From Camelus ferus (taxonomy: Eukaryota): a stretch of DNA of 64,000 nt. Under the pieces are notes generated by a model. That model was not told where the DNA came from. It saw only the letters and a program-made list of their open reading frames with translations, and searched no databases. A program made the translations under genes and the position numbers. The stretch's first letter is position 1, and the number at the start of each line of letters is the position of its first letter. This document shows positions 12,351-23,489 of this stretch, piece by piece. The stretch covers positions 59,706,001 through 59,770,000 of the forward strand of contig NC_045705.1 in assembly GCF_009834535.1 (NCBI RefSeq), given 5' to 3'.

Positions 12351-12409
12351 GGGGCCCCTAATTGCTGGTAGGTGCAAACAAGCAAGCTCCTTGCTGCTCC
12401 TCTTAGGAG

Positions 12410-12590
12410 ATCATGATGATTAAGAGCAGGCCTGGAGCCAAAGAGCCTGGGGTGGAATCCCAGACCTTCTCTTACTCACTCTGTGACCTTAGGTAAGTTA
12501 CTTACTTTCTCTTTGCCTCAGTTTCCTCATCTTTAAAATCAGGATTGAGAATCACCAACTTTCAGGGTGGTGGTTGTGAACACGGGACGA
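12410..12590 (+). mobile_element. MIR SINE
   Basis: gggtggaatcccagaccttctcttactcactctgtgaccttaggtaagttacttactttctctttgcctcagtttcctcatctttaaaat. Confidence 0.8.
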
Positions 12591-13359
12591 GCTGCTATGT
12601 GAAGTTGGCCCGCCCCAAAATGTATCTTTCTGACTCCCCAGTTGCTACTGGAGTGTTCATAGGCAGGGCCAAAGGAGGGTCTCCATTCCCTTCCCCATCC
12701 TGCCACCTGTCCCTGTGTTAGGGGCACTCGGCTCCTGCCAGAAGATGTAGCCTGTGTGGAGGGGCACCATGCCCACAGTGGCACTGCTCTGAGGCCTCGT
12801 GTTCCTCTCCTCCTCAATGCTGCCCACCCTACTCTTGACCACAGCCTGGCCCTGGCCCAGCTGGAATTCTGGTGATCTGCCCAAGCTAAGCAGGGGTGGC
12901 TTGGCTCCAGCAAGGGCTAAAGGTTCTTCATTTTGTTTTCTGCTTCAGCTTAACCACATGGGGTGGGTTGAGGGGGAGGGGAAGTGGCAAAGTGGGGAGA
13001 AGAAATGCACTGTGCCCACACTTCTTCCTACTCTGTCTCCCCCATGGCTGGGCACAGGCTGTGTACAGTCCAGCACTGTCCTCAGCCCCAGGAAAGTCTC
13101 CCACCCCAAGGGTCCCCTGCATGGTATCCCAGGGCATGGGAGTGAACTGCCTCTCTGTCTCTGCAGCACCTCCACCATTCCTCCAACTGTCCCCCTGCTT
13201 TTTATGTCCTTCCCTGGTTTAGCCTGTCCTGCCTGTTGAGTTCAATAGCTCTTCTCAGCACTTGCCACTTGCCTGTCCCTTCCCACGCTGGGTGCTGGGG
13301 GCACAGAGATGACTCAGGCCAGGGCTCTGCCCTCTGAGCGCTCATTTTATAGCACCAAG

Positions 13360-13590
13360 AGTACAGGCTGAACAGCACACAGCCCGAGCTGGACTCTCCA
13401 CTCGGCCCCTTTTAAGCCATGTGATCTTGGGTCAACTACTTAACCTGAGTGTCCACTTCTTTATTTAAAAATTGGGGCCAAAGTACCTCCATTTAAAGGC
13501 CACTGTAAAAATGAACACAACCATGTATGTAAAGCTCTCAACTCAGGCACTGAGTGCACCGGGTGCTCAGTCTAGTCAGCCTGCCTTCCA
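13360..13590 (+). mobile_element. MIR SINE
   Basis: ccatgtgatcttgggtcaactacttaacctgagtgtcc..gtatgtaaagctctcaactcaggcactgag. Confidence 0.65.
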
Positions 13591-15993
13591 TTCCTCCATC
13601 CGTCCTTCTACCCATCCTCCCACATCCCTCCCTCCCTCCTTCCCTAGAGCCAGCTGCCTCTTCAGAGGAGAGGAGCAGGAAGAGATGGGTCTGCAGGTAG
13701 ATGTGGAGCCCTCCCCAAGTTGGGGGCCCTAAGAGTCAGATGGGTCTGTGCAGGGCCCAACCCTGTGCTGGGTGGTGTGGATCGCAGACCAGCCATGGCT
13801 CTGCCTGCCAGGTGCTTTCTTTCAGAAGTAGATTGAGTCCTCTGACCTCCTTTTCCCTCTCCCCGTGGCTAATTAGGGCCGATTGTGGGCTCCTTTTTAG
13901 CTTTTCTTTTTCTGAACTTCCAACTGGCTTCTTTTTTCCTTCTCCAGGGCAGGGCTGGGGACACACTGGCAGGGCCAAGCTGAAGCCCCTGCCACCGCCA
14001 GGCCCTGTGCTAAGGAGGGGGAGAGCTGTCTATTGTGGATATGCCACGAGGGCTGCCGAGGCATGGAATGTGGAGTTGCCTCAACAAGGAACTGCTTCTT
14101 GATTGTTTAGGCTGCTGTCTATTGTCCTAAGTCCAAAAATATGTGGGGCAGCCAATAATCAATGTTCTGGCAAGCCTTCAAGAAAGTGATGAGCTCACAG
14201 AGATCCCAGGGAAATCAGAACTTTATTAGGGGTGGGAGATGCTACCCCAACCATACCTGAGGCTGAATGTTTTCTCTGCCATTTTGGAAAACAGTTGGGG
14301 AAATCTAGGGACCTAGATTGTGACCCACTGAGGGAAATCAGCACTATGTCCTCCTGGTAAATGGGCAACGAGAGGTTGGAGAGGAAGCGGGAAACCTCTA
14401 ATTCTTGAGACCTAGGCTAGTGTAGCAAGAGATGGTCTGTCTGCAAAAAGCGGGGTTTTCTAGGGGTTCCTTCATGAGCTGGGAGCTCCAGCACTTCAGT
14501 GGTGGGAAATGAGTCCATTGTGAGTCCCAGGGCCAAGGATTAGCAACAAAGAGGGCTGAGACCCAAGGTGGGATTGAAACATCTTAAATCATTAAGAAAG
14601 GACTGAAACTGCAGTGCAATAAAGCTGCTCCAGCTGGGCAGAGAGAAGGGTGGTAGCAGCTGAAGCCAGGCAGGGCTGTCACTTACCGAGAAGCACAGAT
14701 CAATGGAAAGGGTAGGCATGTCAGGGCGATGTCATATTGGAGCTCTGAGCAGAGCAGAGAAAGAGACAGGGGTAGGGTGATGGAGGCGGGGGGTGGGGCG
14801 CAGTGGTGCGGGAAGCAGAGGAGTCATCAGGAAGGCTTCCTGGAAGAAGAGTGTCACTATGAAGGTCAAGAAGTCTGCTGTCAAAAAGGTTCGGGAGGTA
14901 AACTGGAATTGGGCTCACCAACCATCTTGAGTGCCAGGTCCTGCGCTGTGGTTACCTCTGCATTCTAGGTGGGTGCTGAGGGTGTGATGCTGAACTACTC
15001 AGGCCAAGGTGTCCTCCATGCTCCAGCTCCAGCTCCAGCGGGTGGGAGGCTGCCACATGTTCTCATCACGCCTTCTCACCTGGAGCCGGAGCCTGCTGTC
15101 TGATGGTTCCTTTGCTAATGGCTTCCAGGTGTGTCCTTGCGCCCCTGGAGGGAGACATCCTGGAGGACACCCCCCCTACCCAGTTCCCACCCCTGTGGTC
15201 ACCTTCAGCCACAGAACCTGAGCTGGCCTTGGGCAGGCCATTGTGTACTGGTGCAATCTCACTCCAGGTGGGAGGGGTATCAAAGGTCAGACTGCCTCCT
15301 TCTCTGATTGGCTGCTGATCTCTGAGCCCCGCTTCATTGTCATTTCTGGATCCTTGGTGCCTTTAGTGCATGGAACCCGGGGTAACATGAAAGTTGCCTG
15401 TGGAATAAGATAGTTGGATGGCCTGCATCTCTTTGGGGAGAGGGGTTGGCCTGTTTCCTCTTTGTGAGACTAACAGTGTCTGTGCCTATGGGTCTCCATG
15501 ACTTTGGGCCTGTTTCTGCATATCTGTAACTCTCTGCGTGTCTGTCTTTGCAACTATTTGTCTCTATGTCTGAGACTATGGGTCTATGTGTTTCTCTGTG
15601 TATTTCACAACAAAGATTTCCTTGACAGTAACAACAAATTCCATCAGCATTTATTGTTTAATAAATGGAAGTCCAATATTGCCTTTTCTGCTTCACCTCC
15701 CTAAGGCCTTAAATTTTCATTCCAAAGTTATTTCCAGCCTAAATGGGTTGGGGGTGGGGATCTGATTAATGCTCTTCCGGGGGTGACTTGGACTCAGGAA
15801 GGAGAGAGGCTCATGGCTGATGAACTGCAAAGCAGCAGGGGTACCAGAAATCACTTCCCTGTGACTTGGAACAGTCCCCAAGCTCCAGACACCTTATAGT
15901 CCCTGGGTCTATCTTCTGGTACTCTCCTGGTCCAGGCTGGTCCAGGCTGACAATTGACCAGATGCTTGTGCTCCTGGACCAGAGCTTATATTG

Positions 15994-16190
15994 ACCACCA
16001 GCTTTATCATCACCATCCTCACCATTACCTCTTCATCTCTACATCACTTCACTGCTACTATCACCACCATTACCATTATCACTCCTCCTACCAACATCAC
16101 CACCACCACCATTATTACCATTGTGTCAGCATCAACATAACTGGTATACCTCAGTCATTGTCTCCATCAACACCACTACTCCATTACTAA
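15994..16190. repeat. Degenerate (CAC/CAT)n trinucleotide tract
   Basis: catcaccatcctcaccattacc..caccaccaccaccattattaccatt. Confidence 0.8.
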
Positions 16191-16669
16191 TGTTAGAGAG
16201 TTCAGGTTACTTTTCAATAGCTATTTTTTCTTCCTCTTCAGTAATAAGGACCACGACTTCTTGCTGGGAAAATTGCCCCCTTCCCAGTTAAAGGACTATA
16301 GTTTCCAGGCCCTTTGAAGCTATTTAGATGTGTCCATGCAATTGAAACTGCTGAGTGAAATTATGGGAAATGCCCATAAAGGGAAGGGACACCCTTATTT
16401 ATCTTTTGCCTCCATCTGCTACTTGATGGCTGGTGCTCTAGCAGCCACTTTATACCACAAGAATGAGGAATATGCCTAGGAAAGGCAGACTAGGAGGCTG
16501 TAAGGAATACTGGTTTCTCAATGGAGAAACCATTCAGACCCTGGACTGCTATATATGGACTTTCTCTGATGAGAGAGTAAAAAATGAACTCCTATTTCCA
16601 TATCACTGAAGAGATTGTTGTTTTGGGCATTCTGATGCATACAGCTAAACCTAATCCTAATTAGTATAC
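16191..16669. mobile_element. MLT1-type (ERVL-MaLR) solo LTR
   Basis: Bounded by TG...CA (tgttagag...ctaatcctaattagtataca); internal gcagccac..tttataccac and accctggactgct motifs. Confidence 0.7.
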
Positions 16670-16900
16670 ATTATCTCATATTACTTTGCATTAAATAGTT
16701 CAGGCCAATGATCTGTATATGAAGGTGAGGGAGATAGGACATGAGGGGATGGGGTGAAGGGTGAGAGGCAGAAAGGAAGTGGGGGTGGGAGAGAAAGAGG
16801 CAGGGGGTGGGGAGAGAAACTGACTGAATTCCAGGACAGGGGAGCAATTCCTACCCTTGGGAAGTAGCCATTTTGAAACAGACAGTAGCAAGGACAGGCA

Positions 16901-16921
16901 TTCAGCACCATGGACAGATCC
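16901..16921 (+). promoter_or_regulatory. RE1/NRSE (REST/NRSF-binding) element
   Basis: TTCAGCACCATGGACAGATCC has a perfect 17-nt core and two mismatches in the less constrained 3' tail. Confidence 0.72.
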
Positions 16922-17442
16922 TGGGAGGCAGTAATGAGGGAACAGGGCAGGAAAAGATGAGAAGTGTTTTGTGGTGGTGGTGATGGTTGTTTTCCCTCAA
17001 GGAATGTTCATTAACCCCCACTCTGTACCAGGCACTATGCCAGTATCTTGGATAAATACCAGGGCAAATTTCCACCACGTCCACATTGCTCCCAAGACCG
17101 GAGCAAGGAGATCAACATGCAAAGGCTCCCTAAAGAAGAAGGAAGGAACTGAAAAACCAATTGTGGGGTAGAACAAGAAGAATGCATGACAGGATAGACA
17201 GACAGTGAAGAATCGAGGACTCTGGGCTCCAGGCTAGAAGAGACTGAGTGGGTCAATTGGTCTGTGAATTAAAGGAGAGTGCAGCACTGGGTGAGAGTTA
17301 AAAGAAGTCAGTTCTCAGGCCCTTCTATTCCCCAGATACTACACCAAAGATTCCAATTTCTGGTCATAGGAATCTATGATACTGTGATTGTAGGAGTATG
17401 TGGAATCTGTGACTAAGATTCTACAATTCTAATTTAAGGCTT

Positions 17443-17901
17443 TGAATCAGTTATCTACTGCTGTGTAACAAACCACCCCCCAAAGATTAATGGCTTAAAA
17501 CAGCAACCATTTTATTTGTTCACAATTCTGAGTCAGCAATTTGGGCTTGAGCCAGCAAGGTAGCTCTTCTGGTCTTATCTGGGGTCACCCAGGGAGGCAG
17601 AGTCAGCTGGAAGGTCATCTGGGAGCTGGTTGGTCTAGAACTTCAGCAGGATGGTTCCTTTCTGGTCTCTACCTCTAAGAGGCTTGCTTGGGTTTCCACA
17701 CGTGGAGGTCTAAGGGGAGCAAAAAGGGGGGGTGCTCAGACACAAGCACTTTTTAATCCTCTGCTTGTATCACATTTGCTGATGTCTCAGTAGCCAAAGG
17801 AATTCACATGGCCAAACTGAAGTCAGTGTGGGAAGGGACAGCGTAAAAGACTGGATACTGATAGGTTTCATTGGGGAATATTAATATAACAACCTACCAC
17901 A
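17443..17901. mobile_element. MLT1F/G/H-type solo LTR
   Basis: tgaatcagttatctactgctgtgtaacaaaccaccccccaaa..tggcttaaaacagcaaccattttatt...aacaacctaccaca. Confidence 0.8.
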
Positions 17902-20900
17902 TGGTCTAAGTGTTTCACCACCATTCATATTACCAACACCGTAAGAGTCTTATGTTCTGATTCCAACAGACTATGGTTCTCTGGCTCTCTGAGTCTTGTG
18001 GTTCTTAGAATTCAATGTTTTGATTCCAAGATTTTGTAATTTTAGAAGTAGAAGGCTTGGTACAGCTGAGGAGGACAGTGAGGACCCAAGCGGATGCAGG
18101 GGAAGTCAAGTAAAGTAAGGTCACTCCCAGATCTAAGTGGGAACCCACCTGTCTCTTTCATTCCCATCCCTAGAGCAGAGCAGTGGCATGAGCTGAGAAT
18201 CAGAAAATCTAGATTATAGGCCCTGTTCCATCATTAGTCTGGGGTGACCCCAAGCACAGCATGTAACCTCCCAGTGTTCTCATATAACCAACAGAGATAT
18301 CAATCCCTGTCTTCCAAATGACACAGAACAGTGGTGAAGCCAGGAGAACTGGGCCCACTAACTGCTATTATCAGGAGTCTGACCATGACACAGCTAGGAA
18401 GAGGGTTTTGCTCCCCTCTTCTCAAACTGCATCTATAGCTGCTGAGACCATGAGTTTTAAGGAAGCCAAGATTTAAATATGTTATTGCCCTTGGTCTGTC
18501 CTGACCTCTACCTGCAAAAGAAAGGAAGGAAGGGAAGGAGGAGAGGGGTTAGAGAGGGAAGGAATCCAACTCTGCTCCTTCTCCTTCCCCCTCCAGCCCC
18601 TGACTTACACTGGAATCCTGGGGCCAGACCCTGCCTGGCCTTGAGACTTAGTCTGCTCTGCTCTTTATTTCCCCAAGAAGAGGAGTATGGAGGCAAAAAG
18701 TAGCTCCATGAGAAGAGACTTAAACCAGGGCAGCAACTCATGAAATTTAACAGCTAGAGGGACCAATGGCAACACACAGGCTAAACCACCTTGTAGCACA
18801 GGTGAGGAAATAGAAGCCCAGAGAGGGACAGGGGCCGTTCACAGTCACATGGCTAGCCAGCAGCAGATCAAGACCAAAAGCCAGATGGGGACAGTCTCCT
18901 TTTCTAAATTTCAGTTTCCAATTCTAAACTGGGGCTAACAAGCCCAGCCTGGGGCACCACTTAGAAACTATAAAGCACAGTGCAGAGGTAGCAAGGAATC
19001 GGGCTTTTCCTGATGGCCTGAGCATCTGGGTGGAGGAGGGTGAGTAGAGGTGAGGGCAGGAGCACTTAAGACTTTCAGAGGACTCATCCAACTCATTTAT
19101 TCTAGTCTTTCCCCAGAGGCCCAGGCCGCAGAGTAGAGGCGGGTATTAAATACCAGAAAGTTATTTAAAAGCCAGTTGCCTGCCCCACAAAAGCAGAGCT
19201 TGGCCTCTGCTGACTCAATGGAGAAAATGAATCTTGGGCCTATGGATTTTCCCGTGTCTTATGGCAATGGGGGGAGGCGGGAATGAGAAATGGGAACGGC
19301 AAAGCCTGCATTGGAGTTTTCCTCTCCCTGCCATGGCAGAAGCTATACAAGAGGAGAGAACCTGGGGCCTCCCCCACTACCTAATGACTGAGCTTCATCA
19401 TGTCAGCCTACCGGGCTGCTCCTCCACCTACCTCAGGAAAGGGAGGCCAACATGAGGGCCACCAGGATAAAGGGATTGCAGGCTGCTACAGCGTAGGACT
19501 TAGGAGGACTCCAAACCATACTACTACTGCTTTATAGTTGAGGTGGGGCCAAGTTCAAGGTCACATATTGAGAAGGTGGGGCACCAACTTGGGCAAATCA
19601 CAATATTACCTTCCCCTCCATGACCCCCATCCCTAAAAGGCCAAGAAGCAAAGGACTCACAAGCCCTCCAAGATCATGCTGCACACACACAGGCACACAC
19701 AGCTTTGTAGACAGGGGAACAGAGCTGGAAAGGCAGACGTGCCCACAGGCTCTAGTAACTGAGTTGCCCCTGATTGACAAAGTGGAGCTGGAGGCAGATG
19801 GGGAAGGGCTACCTGCTGGGTGACCTCAGGGAAGTTGTAAAAACTCTCCAGGCTCCCTACCAAGGCTTAGTGGAGCTTACAGAGGGCAGGGCCTTTGCAG
19901 GGAGAAAAGGGGTCAAGTGTAGAAACTGGAGTTTGGGAGAGGGGACAACACCGTGGAAGGCTGAGAGGGGCTCTGAGGCCTGGTGGGATAATAAACTCAA
20001 GAATTGGGGTCCAGTGTGGCTGACGTGGGGAATTCTCAACATGGCACTGGGCAGAGGATCACTCTACCTGGGTGGGGCTGGAGTGCCTCACTGAGTCCTA
20101 AGGAAACCCTGAGGGCCTGAACTCTTTGTCCACAGGCTCCCTTGGGATCTGACCCAGTCACTCCCTAGAGAACCTAGGATGGGGAGGGCTGTGGCACAAG
20201 AGATAAGCAGGAAAACCGAGCTGCTGTCAGGCTCTGGTCCCAGTCGGCTGTGAAACCTTGGGGAAAGCATTTAACCTTTCTGGGCAGCTGTCTCCTGGTA
20301 TAAAGTGTAGATGGGGGATCCTCACCTAGCCAGCTTCACAGGGATGGGTGGATGGAGCCAAAGATTTTTAAATCATTATTTCATTTAGTAAATGTTCCCT
20401 GGTGCCTTCTCCAAGCTGAGCTCTGAGCTGTGTGCTAACAACACAAGAAATCAGATGGGTCCTGAGCCACAGCTGCTGACAGTCAGGGAGCTCAGGGAAG
20501 CTCTGCCCTCTCTGATCACTAAGTGAAGTTCAAAGGAGAGCAAAGGAAGTCATGAAGGCTTCCTGGAGGGGACAAAACTCGTGCTGAGCCCTGAGAGACA
20601 GAGGGCTGGGCTGGAGAAACAGTCAAAGGGAGAGAGCACCCCATGTGGGGCAAACAGTGAGCAATCCCCTGGGTGCATCAGAGAATAAACACACAGTCTC
20701 AGATGCAATTGGAAACACATTTATTGAACACCTACTACATGCTGAACACTGACAACCCCAAGGTGGAGAGGGCTGTTCCTTCGGAGAACAGAGGCCCCCA
20801 CATGGCTCACAGACTTGGTTCAGGGGAACTTGGACAGAGAAAGGGGACACTTGTACAAAGAGGGGAGGGCAGGGAGAAGGCAGAGTAGAAGCATACACAA

Positions 20901-21694
20901 AGGCAGCAACTGGAGACTCATTCTTTTTACAAACTACCATGAACTTGCAGTGTTGGGGGAGGAAGGAAGAAAACAGCAAAAAGACATGGAAGCTAATTAG
21001 TCCCAGAAAAGGGCAATGCCTTGTCCAGAGTCACATGGCAAAAGCATGGCATGAACCTAAGTAATATGGCTTTTCTTGATTCAAAACATTTTCCCTTCAC
21101 ATTATCACAACAGCTCTGAAAGGAACAGGAACGACAGGAACTCAGAAGCCCATCTACTTTGCAGAAGTAGAAGCTGACAGCCCAGAGGTAGAGAGAGGTT
21201 CAAGGTCACACCAGACCCACCCTGGCATCTGTTCTTGGCCTCAGCTTCCTGGGAGCAGGATGGGATTTCCCTGTGATGCTGGCCCCTCTCAGACACAGCT
21301 GCTACCTTGGATAAGGCCCTGAGTAAGGATCCTGGGGTCAGGTTTCCAAAGTCCTGAGAACTATAGGCTTTGGGGCAAGTCCCTGGCCCTGTGGTCTCAG
21401 ATTCCCCATTTACGGAACACAGTCATTGCCTTGTTCTCTGGCACCTGATGGTCCTAGGTTCTCTGTGGATCTCCTTTCCCAAACTGAGGTATCTAGCACT
21501 GCCCTCCTCCTCACCCTCAAACAAAAGCTGCCTGCTAACCCTGCAGCTGTTTCCCAGGAGGGCCATCAGTCAATCAGGAACCAGCCACCATGGGGCCTGG
21601 GGAGGGGGTATCTGGCTTTAGCAGTTGGTCTGTCATTTCTTAAAGACTGGAGGCAGAGGGGCTCTATGCAGCAGGATAGTGAAGCAAAGATCTT

Positions 21695-21734
21695 TTCATT
21701 CATTCATTCATTCATTCATTCATTCATTCATTCA
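21695..21734. repeat. (TTCA)10 microsatellite at the tail of a reverse-oriented L2
   Basis: Ten perfect units, followed by aaacatttactgcac..tgtgctagtccttgtactgg. Confidence 0.9.
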
Positions 21735-23489
21735 TCTAAAAACATTTACTGCACAATCTCTTGTGCTAGTCCTTGTACTGGAAACAACAGTGAAGAGAAC
21801 TCATGCCTCCCACTGGGGGAGATGTCAGAGCTGGGGCTTGGAGCTAGGGCTGGACGAGTACAAGAGCTGAGGGCCCAGCCCCAATGGCACCTGTTTGAGC
21901 TCTTAGGCCCATATGAGAAGACACCACACCCTGTTAATGTCACAGACCAAGGACATGGTGGAGGGCAGGAATGGGCTCAGAGTGTGTTCACCAACCTCTG
22001 GATGTATGTCCTTGCATGCATAGGTCTGTAGGCTTGCCCCTCAGAGAACACACCCAAAAATCTGCATGGTCCCAGAAGTATGAATGTTCAAATATGTATG
22101 TGCTTATGAATCTATGGACACATGAGGATGCACTCAAATCTATGCTCACATGTATGAACATATGCATGAATGAGCCTGCATGTAACTGCAAGAGGCAAAT
22201 CTGAGCCTGCCTGGAACTATGCACAAGCTTCTGCAAGCCTTCTTCTGCATGTGTATGCACATCCAAGTGAGCTTGAGTGTTGATGTCCTCACATGTGGAC
22301 ACAGCTAGGTCTGTTCATGTGTTAAGCATGCATCTAAGAGTACACGTGCATGTACATCTGTACAGACATGTTCAATATGCATGTGCAAGTTACTTTTCTC
22401 ATCTACCAATACCTGGGAGTGATGATAGGGACAGGGGAGAGAGAGGGAAGGGGAAGGGCAGGTGCCCCCACCCTCAGCATCAACATCCCTGGTCCTTAAC
22501 ACTGGCTCTTGCCTGAGACCCACGCCACCACAGGGTCTACTTCTTCTCCTTAAGTGGTATTGATCGGTTGGTCGTCAGTTAATTATAACTTCAGGGAAGA
22601 AGTCAACCCAACAACCATTCCTAATTCAAGAGAAAGAAACTGACTGATTCTTAGGTCGGGGGAGCCTCTATCTCAACCAGCTCTGCTGATACCAGAATGG
22701 CCCACAGATCAAGTGTCAGTCTCTCCAGCCTGAATAATTAATGCCAAGGCCAGAAGTGCTGCCTTCTCAGGAGCCTGTCTCTTTAAATCAGGTCTGGCGC
22801 TCTTAAGTTCTGGGGGGGGGGGAAGAATCCAGAACAACCCAAACCTATGAACAGCTCAGCACTGGCTCCCTCTGAGACCCCCGATTCCATGCTGCAAAAT
22901 CTGCTCCTGTTCTCACAACCTCTGGAGCCCCAAACTCTCCTACCCGTCCACCATTTATAGGTGGGGTACCCTACAGGGGAGGAGGGGCAGTTGGTGGCAT
23001 CCAACAACCCTAAGGTCCTGAGACCAGAACAACCTAGCAGGGTGCCCAGGTGCTAGGGCAGTGAGGGTCAGTAAAGAGCTGAATCACCAGACCCACAGAG
23101 TCCCAGAGCCTAGGAGAGTGAGTGGGGGTGGAGTCCAGCCTGGTGGAGGAAATACGATGGAAGAACTCCAGGCAGAGCAGCCAGTGAGTTGTGGGGGTGA
23201 GGGGAAGGAAGGAGGAGGGGATGTCACTGACTTCCTCAGGGGGGATGGGTTGAGGGTGGAGAAAACAGTGGTCTCAAAGAACTTGCAGGGGTTTTGACCC
23301 AGTCAGGCGTAAAGTAACGGGTCACAGAGGAGGGAACCGAGGCTGGGAATTTTCCAGTCTCTCCTAGCACAGCCCACTCCTTGATCATTGGGATTAGGAA
23401 GAGGCTGAAAAATGAGTAACTTTCTCATCCCACCCCTCATCCCTGCCTGCGCTTGTAGGAGAAACTAAAATTTAGTCTTTCCTCTAAAT

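Noticed and set aside
15954-16190. His-rich 78-aa ORF
   Set aside because: Translation of a (CAC/CAT)n simple repeat; no splice or start context.
21426-22031. 201-aa ORF with FIHS repeats
   Set aside because: Produced by the (TTCA)10 microsatellite and an L2 tail.
1-23000. SLCO2B1 terminal exons or olfactory-receptor genes expected from synteny
   Set aside because: No OATP-like or 7TM-like coding segments were found; they must lie left of the window.
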